Source of the DNA: a virus
Virus genome (UHGV): UHGV-1695118
Reading direction: 5' to 3' (one strand)
DNA: 18,953 bases
Shown: positions 1 to 7,165 of the stretch, piece by piece
Layout: every line of letters starts with the position of its first letter
Position numbering within the stretch: the stretch's first letter is position 1
Position numbers and translations under genes: made by a program
Notes under the pieces: model-generated
The model's database searches: none
Told to the model about the DNA's origin: nothing
What the model saw: only the letters and a program-made list of their open reading frames with translations

Positions 1-713
1 CCACCACGGCTACGCCATTGGGTTAACGCCCACTCAAATACTAAAGTGATCTCATTCTCCGTATACGCTTTACGTGTTTTTGTTTCTGTCAGTAGTTCTA
101 CGAATGGCTTAGCATCACGACATTTGCATCCTGCCTTGTCGTTGTAGAAGGCAAGGCAACGCAATGCCGCTTCGTTTACGCCATCCTGATTGACCATTTT
201 TTGTTCATTTTCGACAATACACGAAGTGTATATATCTTTTTCTCTTTCTTTTTCTACTTCTAATTCTAATTCTAATTCTAATTCATGACCCTTTCCTGAC
301 CCGGTCATGACCCTATCATGACCTTTTTGTGTTGGATTGATTAACTTTTCTAATTTTAATTGCTCCTTCGCTGTGTTTATGGCGGCCCTGTAAGCGCTTT
401 TAGAAGTCATTGATTGGTCCAGCCTTTTCAATAACTTTAAACAAGTTATGTGGCCTTGAGAACATTCAAACAAACCAATTTCGATGAAGTATTTCATCAT
501 TTCTTCTATACGTTTTTCAGTAGATCCGACGTTTCGCGCAATTATTCTTGCGTCATGTCGTAGGTCAAAAGTTAGATTGTGCTGATCTACGTCATAAGTT
601 ATTAGTTCTAGGCAATACCAATAAAGCCCGTACCCTTCCAGGCCATAATCTAACAAAACGTTTTGAAGTTTTTCATCGCGGTTCGCATCGCTGTCATGCT
701 TAAACCACTTCAT
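1..713 (-). CDS. Replication initiator / replisome-organizer-like protein, N-terminal 237 codons (ORF continues beyond window position 1)
   Basis: Hand translation of the minus strand gives an uninterrupted frame from ATG (713-711) to the window edge. GGAGG lies 9 nt upstream. The N-terminus MKWFKHDSDANRDEKL resembles the conserved start of phage replisome-organizer proteins. Absent from the ORF track because there is no in-window stop. Confidence 0.6.
   Translation of the reverse strand, partial: MKWFKHDSDANRDEKLQNVLLDYGLEGYGLYWYCLELITYDVDQHNLTFDLRHDARIIARNVGSTEKRIEEMMKYFIEIGLFECSQGHITCLKLLKRLDQSMTSKSAYRAAINTAKEQLKLEKLINPTQKGHDRVMTGSGKGHELELELELEVEKEREKDIYTSCIVENEQKMVNQDGVNEAALRCLAFYNDKAGCKCRDAKPFVELLTETKTRKAYTENEITLVFEWALTQWRSRG
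252..324. repeat. Hexamer tract (TTCTAC/TTCTAA)x5 (252-281) followed by three direct copies of TCATGACC(C)T (283-292, 305-314, 316-324), inside the replication gene
   Basis: Read directly. The TCATGACC copies are spaced 22 and 11 bp apart. On the coding (minus) strand the tract encodes KGHELELELELEVEKEREKD. Confidence 0.8.
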
Positions 714-716
714 AGA

Positions 717-974
717 TCATCCCTCCGGCAACATCACTACATAGACATCACTGAATGCATCAAGACGACAAACAAATCCTTTATCCATTAACGCGGCGAA
801 GGCATCATGTACCGTATGAACAGGAAGTTCACACATTGCGGCTACTTCTTTGCGTGATGCATCATGTACCCGTCCTTTGTTATCTGCCTTTTCAGCCAGA
901 GCCATTAAGACAAGTTTTTGAATCGGGCTGTTAAGTTTTACGTTCCATACTTCATTCATCATGTGCATACTCAT
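717..974 (-). CDS. Small winged-helix HTH DNA-binding protein (HTH_36-like), first gene of the operon divergent from the repressor
   Basis: ORF-track frame 717..1052. ATG at 974 is preferred because AGGAG sits 7 nt upstream; the TTG start at 1052 is not excluded. The segment LNSPIQKLVLMALAEKADNKGRV...EVAAMCELPVHTVHDAFAALMDKGFV fits the winged-helix pattern of replication-initiator DNA-binding domains. The stop is 3 nt before the ATG of the downstream replication gene. Confidence 0.6.
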   Translation of the reverse strand: MSMHMMNEVWNVKLNSPIQKLVLMALAEKADNKGRVHDASRKEVAAMCELPVHTVHDAFAALMDKGFVCRLDAFSDVYVVMLPEG

Positions 975-1279
975 CGTGTTTTCTCCTATGGTTAGAGTGA
1001 ACGCGCGGGCGGGCATCCCATTAGCATTAGATAGCAGTGACTGACCGCTCAACAGATCCCGCCGTTGCGTGATATTTGTTTTTCGCTTCGCAGCGACACC
1101 GGATTTTTAAAGAGCTTAAGGTAAGTGCCTTTTTGTGCCTTCCGTTATCTTTTTCCTTGCGTCTTTGCAAGTATGGCCTTACCTTGTCTGCAAGTTTACA
1201 AAATGGAATTTTAAGATCAAGGCTTAAAATACACGTTTTGTGACTTGCATCAAACTTTTTGAGGTTATAGGGTAGCGAC
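975..1279. promoter_or_regulatory. Divergent promoter/operator region between the repressor gene and the leftward operon
   Basis: About 300 bp non-coding between divergent genes. Contains palindromes CTTGC-N6-GCAAG (1156-1171) and CTTG-N4-CAAG (1183-1194), a TGTGA-N6-TCAAA element (1239-1254), and possible back-to-back promoters (minus strand -35 TTGATG 1253-1248 and -10 TATTTT 1231-1226; plus strand -35 GTGACT 1240-1245). Promoter assignments are weak. Confidence 0.55.
1083..1117 (-). promoter_or_regulatory. Candidate nutR-like site (boxA GCTCTTTAAAAA plus boxB hairpin UCGCU-GCGA-AGCGA) on the leftward transcript
   Basis: The minus strand reads AAGCTCTTTAAAAATCCGGTGTCGCTGCGAAGCGAAAAAC. The boxA matches the rrn/lambda boxA consensus (GCTCTTTAA), followed 8 nt later by a 5-bp stem with a GNRA-type loop. 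Confidence 0.4.
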
Positions 1280-1927
1280 ATGAAAACAAAATGGTATGAC
1301 TTAGCAAAGCAGCTCATGCGGGCGCAGGGCATGAGCCAGGATTCACTAGCGGATCGCATGGGGATAACTAAAGGCGGCCTGTCACACTGGCTGAACGGTC
1401 GCCGCGAGCCAAATCTTGAAGATATTGCGCGGATTATGCGAGAGCTTGGTCGTCGGCAGTTCACTGTTACACATGATGGTATGGTCATTGATGATTCTGT
1501 TTCTAATACACTTCAGGCCGTGCCGCCGCGTGATTTAGGTAGTTACCCGGTTATTGACTGGAAGGACACAGTAAACAATATGGATGACGCAAGGCGTTCA
1601 GCATTACGACACGTTACGACTAGCGTTATTTGTTCAGATGACAGTTACTGGCTGGTTGCCAAAGGTGAATCAATGAACGCGCCGCAGGGGTTGAGCATCC
1701 CGGCGGGGACGATGATACTTGTTGACCCGCACGCGCCAGCTATTGACGGCAAACTGGTTATAGCCCAGCTTGAGGAAGGGCAGATACCGACGTTTAAACA
1801 GTTGATTATTGATGGAGGTCAAAGGCTTTTACGTTCGCTCAATCCGCTGTATCCGCCAATCCCTATGAATCCAGAATCAAAAATTATAGGCGTGGTGGTT
1901 GATGCGAAGATCGTAAACCTGCCATAA
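1280..1927 (+). CDS. cI: CI/c2-type phage repressor (N-terminal HTH, C-terminal S24 LexA-like autopeptidase domain)
   Basis: 215 aa. C-terminal half (SYPVIDW...GESMNAPQGLSIPAGTMILVDP...GKLVIAQLEE...KIIGVVVDAKIVNLP) is close to the remembered P22 c2 C-terminal domain, with Ser (GESM) and Lys (GKLV) catalytic residues. N-terminal HTH (SQDSLADRMGITKGGLSHWLNGRREP). Confidence 0.93.
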   Translation: MKTKWYDLAKQLMRAQGMSQDSLADRMGITKGGLSHWLNGRREPNLEDIARIMRELGRRQFTVTHDGMVIDDSVSNTLQAVPPRDLGSYPVIDWKDTVNNMDDARRSALRHVTTSVICSDDSYWLVAKGESMNAPQGLSIPAGTMILVDPHAPAIDGKLVIAQLEEGQIPTFKQLIIDGGQRLLRSLNPLYPPIPMNPESKIIGVVVDAKIVNLP

Positions 1928-1932
1928 ACATT

Positions 1933-1957
1933 AGCCGCCGGATGGCGGCTTTTCTTT
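1933..1957 (+). terminator. Rho-independent terminator after the repressor gene
   Basis: AGCCGCC-GGAT-GGCGGCT perfect 7-bp stem, 4-nt loop, then TTTCTTT, 6 nt after the repressor stop codon. Confidence 0.7.
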
Positions 1958-2050
1958 GCCTGGAAAACGCCAAAACGTAAACAGAAAACGTTATTTATTG
2001 TTTAAATATCAATAGCATATAAAATATTTTAAAAAAGTATACAAAATGGA

Positions 2051-2079
2051 TTGACTTGATGTTTTACGGGGCGTATATT
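2051..2079 (+). promoter_or_regulatory. PL-like sigma70 promoter (-35 TTGACT, 17-bp spacer, -10 TATATT)
   Basis: TTGACT at 2051-2056 and TATATT at 2074-2079 with an A/T-rich upstream tract. Located between the repressor terminator and the N-like gene. Confidence 0.6.
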
Positions 2080-2334
2080 GCGAGTCAAAGGAAGGTCGCA
2101 GGTAACAAAAGCAACTTCCTGGCACTTTAAAAATCAGGCTTAACACCTTGTCAACCGTGGAGTAACTCCCCGATGGGGGACCGAAAGCGGCACTGATAAC
2201 AAGGCGCATGGGGTGTTTAAAGCGTTACATCCCCCACGAAACCGCACGCAAGGCGACGAGTCAGCTTGCTTGGAGTGAGCAAGGTCACGCCGGGAACGGC
2301 GATGATTGCGGGATTAGTTGAAAGATGTTAAGCC

Positions 2335-2371
2335 GCTCATTAACAATCTGGTCAGCCGCTGGAAGTGCGGC
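2335..2371 (+). promoter_or_regulatory. Candidate nutL-like site (boxA GCTCATTAACAA plus boxB-like hairpin GCCGC-UGGAAGU-GCGGC)
   Basis: boxA matches rrn boxA GCTCTTTAACAA at 11 of 12 positions. A hairpin follows 8 nt downstream, about 55 nt upstream of the N-like start. Confidence 0.45.
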
Positions 2372-2426
2372 AATTAACGAAGATGATTTTTATTAATTTT
2401 CATCAAGGATATACGGAGATCAGATT

Positions 2427-2717
2427 ATGAGCGTTACAATTATATATGGCAAATGTGATAGCAAAATGAATGCCAGGGAACGCAGAAGGATAAAAAGAGA
2501 AAACGAAAGAAAATCATCACCTGCAATCAATAAAACAGACAATGTGGATAAAGCTATTCGATTTGCAAACGAGGAAAGATGCAAACCAAATAGCATTAAA
2601 GAACGTCGCAAAGGATCAGTAAAATGGTATACGGAAAATGAAAGCGGCAGCTACTACCACGCAACGCAACCACGCCATTTAGGGGAAAAACCCCTGGATA
2701 AAGTCCGCTACCATTAA
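2427..2717 (+). CDS. N: N-like transcription antitermination protein (P22 gene 24 type)
   Basis: 96 aa. N-terminus MSVTIIYGKCDSKMNARERRRIKRENERK carries an arginine-rich motif and resembles the remembered P22 gp24 start. GGAG lies 8 nt upstream of the ATG. Sits downstream of the repressor, PL-like promoter and nut-like site. Confidence 0.8.
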   Translation: MSVTIIYGKCDSKMNARERRRIKRENERKSSPAINKTDNVDKAIRFANEERCKPNSIKERRKGSVKWYTENESGSYYHATQPRHLGEKPLDKVRYH

Positions 2718-2747
2718 TACAAAATGTAAACATTCGGAGGTGACATT

Positions 2748-2870
2748 ATGGTTATTCTGGCGCTTCAATTCAAACTGGCGGTAGCGGAAATGCTTCATGA
2801 TGCCGAAATGTGGAGCGCCGCGAATAAAGCCTTATACATAGTGTTAACAGCGAAGGAGATTAAAGGGTGA
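2748..2870 (+). CDS. Hypothetical small protein (40 aa), translationally coupled to erf
   Basis: ATG at 2748 with GGAGG 7 nt upstream. Its stop TGA overlaps the GTG start of erf (GTGA). Below the ORF-track size cutoff. Confidence 0.4.
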   Translation: MVILALQFKLAVAEMLHDAEMWSAANKALYIVLTAKEIKG

Positions 2871-3508
2871 AAACAGAGTTACATAAAAAACTATGGACGA
2901 TTCAGCAAACGCTGAATGCGCCGAAAAATCAGCGTAATAACTTCGGTGGCTATAATTACAGGTCTGCGGAGGATATTTTAGAGGCGGTTAAACCACTGCT
3001 TCAAAATATCACACTGACTGTTAGTGATGAAATTGTCCTGATCGGCAATCGCTATTATGTGAAAGCAACGGCGACGCTAAGCGACGGTGAAGATGTAATA
3101 GCGGTAACTGCTTATGCCAGGGAGGAAGAAAGCAAGAAGGGTATGGACGCCAGCCAGCTAACAGGAGCAACATCAAGTTACGCGCGTAAATATGCTTTGA
3201 ACGGTTTATTCTGCATAGATGATGCTCGCGATCCTGATACTGATGCTTACGCGAAGCAGACAGGCCTGCAGCAGCGACAACAGAAAAACCCACCAAAACA
3301 ACAACCGCAGCAGAAGAAAGCGCCGCCAAATCCTGATGAAGTATTAGCACGTTTCTGTGATGCAGCAGCGAAAGCGCAGGACGCTAACAAGCTGCGTGAA
3401 ATATTTGGCAAATGCTGGAAATTACTACCGGAAGGATCGGAACATCGAATCAAGGCAAAAGATGTTTATGACATCCGGGTAGCAGAGCTTAACGGGGAGA
3501 TGTGTTAA
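2867..3508 (+). CDS. erf: Erf-family single-strand annealing recombinase
   Basis: 213 aa with GTG start and AAGGAG 8 nt upstream. Segments LNAPKNQ, YRSAEDILEAVKPLL, SDEIVLIGNRYYVKATAT and GATSSYARKY match remembered P22 Erf. Gln/Pro-rich C-terminal linker. Confidence 0.9.
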   Translation: MKTELHKKLWTIQQTLNAPKNQRNNFGGYNYRSAEDILEAVKPLLQNITLTVSDEIVLIGNRYYVKATATLSDGEDVIAVTAYAREEESKKGMDASQLTGATSSYARKYALNGLFCIDDARDPDTDAYAKQTGLQQRQQKNPPKQQPQQKKAPPNPDEVLARFCDAAAKAQDANKLREIFGKCWKLLPEGSEHRIKAKDVYDIRVAELNGEMC

Positions 3509-3927
3509 TGAGTTTAAATTCAATCACGCTGGGCGGGAATATCGGTAATGATATGGAGGTTCGCTACACACAAAACGGGAAAGCGATTGGTAGTTTTCCG
3601 TTAGCTGTAACGAATGGCTACGGCGATAATAAGCGGGTAATGTGGATCACTTGCCTGGTATTTGGCGAGCGTGCGGAAAAATTGGCGCCACATATCCGTA
3701 AGGGTGGAAAAATAGTGGTAAGCGGTCGCCTGGATGTTCGGCAATATGACCGGAACGACGGCACGAAGGGGACTGCGGTAGAAGTGGCGGTTAATGAATT
3801 TGAATTCATGAATGTTAACCAACAAGGCCAGCAGCAAGGACAGCAGCAGAAAGCGCCGCCGCAGCAGCAGAATAATAACGGGAATAATCCGCCTCAGATG
3901 GACTTCGACGACGATATTCCTTTTTAG
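3508..3927 (+). CDS. ssb: Single-stranded DNA-binding protein
   Basis: 139 aa from ATG 3508, which overlaps the erf stop (TAATG), with GGGGAGA upstream. OB-fold-like core, Gln-rich linker and the acidic C-terminal tip DFDDDIPF typical of bacterial and phage SSB. Confidence 0.93.
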   Translation: MSLNSITLGGNIGNDMEVRYTQNGKAIGSFPLAVTNGYGDNKRVMWITCLVFGERAEKLAPHIRKGGKIVVSGRLDVRQYDRNDGTKGTAVEVAVNEFEFMNVNQQGQQQGQQQKAPPQQQNNNGNNPPQMDFDDDIPF

Positions 3928-3943
3928 AATCAATGTGTTAGCT

Positions 3944-4222
3944 ATGAGTGATTATCTAAAACCGCCACCGCAACCACGAACAAAAGAGCAAGTATTAAAA
4001 GAAGCCCGCGATCGATTTGATCGCGGGCTTTTTTTATGCGGCACGGCAGCGGATCGAATGGCGAAAAGATTTAGTGACCTGTACGCGAAGCAAATCTGGT
4101 TTGACAACTGGCGAGCGAGTTCTTACCCGCTACAGAAAACTGATGATATGCAGTGGCCTGAATATGTTGATCCACGAATGCGCAAATATCGCGGGCGTAT
4201 GGGCAAGGTTATTAACGATTAA
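3944..4222 (+). CDS. Hypothetical protein (92 aa)
   Basis: In-frame ATG downstream of ssb within ORF-track frame 3812..4222; the upstream part of that frame overlaps ssb. No clear SD. Confidence 0.5.
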   Translation: MSDYLKPPPQPRTKEQVLKEARDRFDRGLFLCGTAADRMAKRFSDLYAKQIWFDNWRASSYPLQKTDDMQWPEYVDPRMRKYRGRMGKVIND

Positions 4223-4234
4223 TGAGGTATTACC

Positions 4235-4486
4235 ATGACAGCTACAACATTAAGCGAAAATAACGGGCGCGGTTTTCAGGGGACTGCGGAAACCTCAGAC
4301 GATGGTGATGTATTTGTCGAATTCGGTGGCGGTAACTATGAATTCGAAACGTCGGCGGGCTGGCACGATAAATGGCCTTTCCCGACGCGCAAGGAATTAA
4401 GCGATCGAAAAACATTTGGCGAAGATGCCGAACGCCTGGCGAATAATAAATGGATGGATAAATTTATTGCGGAGGCTGAAAAATGA
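4235..4486 (+). CDS. Hypothetical protein (83 aa)
   Basis: ORF-track ORF; GAGG 7 nt upstream of the ATG. Confidence 0.6.
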   Translation: MTATTLSENNGRGFQGTAETSDDGDVFVEFGGGNYEFETSAGWHDKWPFPTRKELSDRKTFGEDAERLANNKWMDKFIAEAEK

Positions 4487-4596
4487 GTTTTGCAAAAATT
4501 GCAGCATTGGCTGCGGCGGTGGCGATCGCGGCGCTATATCTTAGCTTATCGCTTTATATTACGGTGGCGATCATCAAGCTGATTACAACTATGTGA
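4483..4596 (+). CDS. Small hydrophobic peptide (37 aa, predicted single transmembrane helix)
   Basis: ATG overlaps the upstream stop (ATGA); GGAGG 7 nt upstream. Sequence MSFAKIAALAAAVAIAALYLSLSLYITVAIIKLITTM. Below the ORF-track cutoff. Confidence 0.5.
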   Translation: MSFAKIAALAAAVAIAALYLSLSLYITVAIIKLITTM

Positions 4597-4603
4597 GGCA
4601 ATC

Positions 4604-4726
4604 ATGAGAGTCAGTAAGGATATTGTGACGGTCGCGTTTTGCGTTATTTGTTTCCTGTTTGCGGTTGTGTTTTGTGGCGCACTTGCGGCAGTGATTAGCT
4701 TTATTGGTAAGGGGGTGATGTTATGA
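4604..4726 (+). CDS. Small hydrophobic peptide (40 aa, predicted transmembrane)
   Basis: ATG 4604 with GTGAGG upstream. Sequence MRVSKDIVTVAFCVICFLFAVVFCGALAAVISFIGKGVML. Stop overlaps the next start (ATGA). Confidence 0.5.
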   Translation: MRVSKDIVTVAFCVICFLFAVVFCGALAAVISFIGKGVML

Positions 4727-4995
4727 CTCTGTGGGATGCAAAAGAAGGTGATCTCGTTGTCTTGCCAGCATATCGTAGTGATCTCGGGCTGGTCGTACTG
4801 AATAAAACATGTAGCGACATTCAACGCCCGATCCTGGTTAGATACTTAGACGGCACGATGATCGAACCGCGTTTCTTCGACAAAGTTGAACTGAAGGCCC
4901 GCAATGTTCGCGTTAAGCCTTTCCGGGCTTATGTTGAAAATCACTGGCGTAAATTGTTCGCCGGACTGAATGGGATGTTCGGCGTATGGCTATAA
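4723..4995 (+). CDS. Hypothetical protein (90 aa)
   Basis: ORF-track ORF, translationally coupled to the upstream peptide gene. Confidence 0.55.
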   Translation: MTLWDAKEGDLVVLPAYRSDLGLVVLNKTCSDIQRPILVRYLDGTMIEPRFFDKVELKARNVRVKPFRAYVENHWRKLFAGLNGMFGVWL

Positions 4996-5177
4996 AATTA
5001 GTGAAGGTTAAACACCTGAAAGGCGGTGAAAGATTAATGTCATGGTGGGGACATGAATTTATTGCTACTGCCTTTCATTTCGGCCTAGGTGGTCAAGTAA
5101 CAATATTTGATGAAGATTACGACGAGGTGGGGCAATGGCATCTTGAGCAATATGTCGAGGTGTTAAATGAAAATTAA
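4986..5177 (+). CDS. Hypothetical protein (63 aa)
   Basis: ORF-track ORF overlapping the upstream stop; no clear SD. Confidence 0.4.
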   Translation: MAIKLVKVKHLKGGERLMSWWGHEFIATAFHFGLGGQVTIFDEDYDEVGQWHLEQYVEVLNEN

Positions 5178-5499
5178 ATTCCACAAAGCGTATGACGCTA
5201 ACACAAACAAGCTATCACTATTTATCGAATTCGAACGCCGGATCGTGGTAGCGCCTTGGTCGCGGCGCTTTAATGACGCCGCCGGGCGTAGACAATTCGC
5301 GGTCGATATGCTGTTACGCGGCTGCGGCCTTATGCGTCCGCTATCTGATTTAAAACGAATGATGCCGGGATCGTTCGGTCAGATTGATGAAATAGAAATA
5401 AGCCCGGAAGAACTGAAACGTGAGCGTGATTTATTCCTTTCAAGCGAAGGAAACCCGTTTAATTCAGAAACTGAAATGAAATGGCATCATCCACTATAA
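5167..5499 (+). CDS. Hypothetical protein (110 aa)
   Basis: ORF-track ORF; GAGGTG 4 nt upstream of the ATG. Confidence 0.55.
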   Translation: MKIKFHKAYDANTNKLSLFIEFERRIVVAPWSRRFNDAAGRRQFAVDMLLRGCGLMRPLSDLKRMMPGSFGQIDEIEISPEELKRERDLFLSSEGNPFNSETEMKWHHPL

Positions 5500-5510
5500 G
5501 GGTAAATATT

Positions 5511-6131
5511 ATGAACAATATCAAAACGGCTTATTCACTCGGCAGCGAAGGCATGTTAATTACTCGCTACACAGAGGACGCGAGCTTTCACGAAGTGGTA
5601 ACTAAGGATTATCACGAAGTTTTAAAAGATATGGAAGCAGGAGTGTATGACAGTGACTTAAATCTGGCGCTACAGATTGTTGATATTATGATGGATGCAT
5701 CAATCCGCGATTACGTGTCTTTAAGCATGGAAGAAAAAACATCGGTAGCGCGTTATGTGTTCTGCCTCACTTTCGTAAGACGCATGGAGGAGGAATTCGG
5801 ACGCGCACCAGTGCCGGAAGATGTTGATCCGCTCGCGTTCGGAAGTGCTGTTATTTTCCCGTTGAACAAGGATCGGCTTGGCAGTGTTTCACTGCATTCT
5901 ATGCGCGCCCTGATGAAAAAGGTCTTTGAGGTTAAGATGTTGCAGAAATTTATTGAGGAAGGACACGAAGAAGTGAACGTTAAGGCGTTTATTCCGGTGC
6001 TTTACGGAAATTTTGTTGGCGATGATATGCGCGCTAATGAATTAGGCGTACAGGCGGCTATAGCTACGCTTAACGAAGCAATGAAAAGTGCACAGCCTAT
6101 TCATGAACAGGAAAAACGTGTACTGCATTAA
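5511..6131 (+). CDS. Hypothetical protein (206 aa; alternative start 5481)
   Basis: ORF-track frame 5481..6131. ATG 5511 is preferred because AAGGG lies 8 nt upstream. No recognisable motif. Confidence 0.6.
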   Translation: MNNIKTAYSLGSEGMLITRYTEDASFHEVVTKDYHEVLKDMEAGVYDSDLNLALQIVDIMMDASIRDYVSLSMEEKTSVARYVFCLTFVRRMEEEFGRAPVPEDVDPLAFGSAVIFPLNKDRLGSVSLHSMRALMKKVFEVKMLQKFIEEGHEEVNVKAFIPVLYGNFVGDDMRANELGVQAAIATLNEAMKSAQPIHEQEKRVLH

Positions 6132-6133
6132 CA

Positions 6134-6153
6134 GCGTGATTGCGATCACATAA
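6134..6153. promoter_or_regulatory. Palindromic element GCGTGAT-TGCG-ATCACATAA (copy 1)
   Basis: Inverted repeat GTGAT-N4-ATCAC read directly. Nearly identical to the element at 9714-9733. Fits a CRP-like TGTGA-N6-TCACA pattern at 9 of 10 positions. Confidence 0.5.
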
Positions 6154-6230
6154 ATATACATTTTGTATTGTGATTGCATATCCGTTTTGTAAGCCGAAAT
6201 CAAAAGGTTTACGGTGCGGAGGAAAACAAG

Positions 6231-6449
6231 ATGGCCCGCGAATTAATGCTTTATTGTGTTGAGGGTGGCGTAGGTAGTAATGCCTATGTCGCCGGGAAAG
6301 GCTATCCAGCCGATGAAGTGCTTTCTAATATGCACTTCCGGGAAAATGAAAGCCGGGTGTCTGTGTGGAAACGGTGCATTGATGGTATTGAGGTTGTAAG
6401 TATCGAACGGTATTTAGGCACGTTTGATTACGGTGTTATTGAGGCTTAA
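6231..6449 (+). CDS. Hypothetical protein (72 aa)
   Basis: ATG 6231 within ORF-track frame 6174..6449; GGAGG 8 nt upstream. Confidence 0.55.
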   Translation: MARELMLYCVEGGVGSNAYVAGKGYPADEVLSNMHFRENESRVSVWKRCIDGIEVVSIERYLGTFDYGVIEA

Positions 6450-6451
6450 TT

Positions 6452-6544
6452 ATGGACGACACATTGTTTTATATGTGCTGTTGCTGGGGTTTTATTGCCT
6501 TATGTCTGTTTATCAGGTGGTTTATTGAATACCATATGAGGTGA
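6452..6544 (+). CDS. Possible 30-aa hydrophobic Cys-rich peptide
   Basis: ATG 6452 with GAGG 7 nt upstream. Sequence MDDTLFYMCCCWGFIALCLFIRWFIEYHMR. Very short, so weak. Confidence 0.3.
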   Translation: MDDTLFYMCCCWGFIALCLFIRWFIEYHMR

Positions 6545-6547
6545 GGC

Positions 6548-6742
6548 ATGGAACAGAAAACTGATTATAGAATACCTGATGGCCTAAAATTAGTTGGCAT
6601 TGGTTTCGGGTGTAGATTTGTATCTGACGCAAAAGGAGCGATTTATTTAATACGTCTTATTGATGGCGTTCAACATATAAGGAGATTAGGAATTTACATC
6701 AAAGCATTCAGAAGAGGTTATTTAAAAACTCATGAAATTTAA
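6548..6742 (+). CDS. Hypothetical protein (64 aa)
   Basis: ORF-track ORF; GAGGTGAGG directly upstream. Confidence 0.55.
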   Translation: MEQKTDYRIPDGLKLVGIGFGCRFVSDAKGAIYLIRLIDGVQHIRRLGIYIKAFRRGYLKTHEI

Positions 6743-6935
6743 ACATTACATGGAATGGAAAATTCCAGAAGCAGCAACAAAGGCAGCGCCAGGAAATGTT
6801 TCTGGCGTTTATTTTTATATGGATGGCAAATGGTATTTCGGCAGCAGGCCGGATCGCTACTATCAAGAAATATGCAAGCCTCACGTATGGGATATTAAAG
6901 AGCGCGTGAAAGGCGGGGTAATTGAGGACGTTTAA
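6732..6935 (+). CDS. Hypothetical protein (67 aa)
   Basis: ORF-track ORF overlapping the upstream gene end; SD distant. Confidence 0.45.
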   Translation: MKFKHYMEWKIPEAATKAAPGNVSGVYFYMDGKWYFGSRPDRYYQEICKPHVWDIKERVKGGVIEDV

Positions 6936-6936
6936 A

Positions 6937-7164
6937 ATGATGCGTGCAATTATTGACTTCATTATTGGATGGTTATTTTGTTCTTTTTTCGTATTCTCAT
7001 GTATAGCTACGGTTTTTATTGGAATTTTATGTGGTGTGTCGTTTGTTACATGGGAGCTACCAGAAATTCCATCACCTGATGATGCGCTTTATATATTAAG
7101 GGTTATTATTGCTGTTAGTGTATTTGTTGGGTTCTTTTTCGCTGATTCTACTGATGATTTATAA
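6937..7164 (+). CDS. Small membrane protein (75 aa, two predicted transmembrane helices)
   Basis: ATG 6937 within ORF-track frame 6922..7164 (which uses a TTG start). Hydrophobic stretches IIDFIIGWLFCSFFVFSCIATVFIGILCGV and ILRVIIAVSVFVGFFF. Confidence 0.55.
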   Translation: MMRAIIDFIIGWLFCSFFVFSCIATVFIGILCGVSFVTWELPEIPSPDDALYILRVIIAVSVFVGFFFADSTDDL

Positions 7165-7165
7165 A

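Noticed and set aside
1027-1488. Minus-strand ORF of 153 aa spanning the control region and the 5' part of the repressor gene
   Set aside because: It is antisense to the well-supported repressor CDS, crosses the intergenic operator region, and has no SD. Most likely a chance open frame.
2009-2209. Minus-strand ORF of 66 aa across the PL-like promoter
   Set aside because: It overlaps the promoter and the start of the N leader, and has no ribosome-binding site.
1960-2430. Possible tRNA or small RNA gene in the long PL-to-N leader
   Set aside because: No cloverleaf-compatible sequence (no GTTCGA-type T-arm, no acceptor-stem complementarity) was seen. The region is better explained as the nutL-containing leader. 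tRNAscan-SE or Infernal would settle this.
3021-3933. Minus-strand ORFs (3021-3350, 3247-3453, 3601-3933, 3618-3809) antisense to erf and ssb
   Set aside because: They lie inside the strongly supported erf and ssb genes. Their Cys/Arg/Leu-rich composition is typical of antisense frames across CAG-rich sequence.
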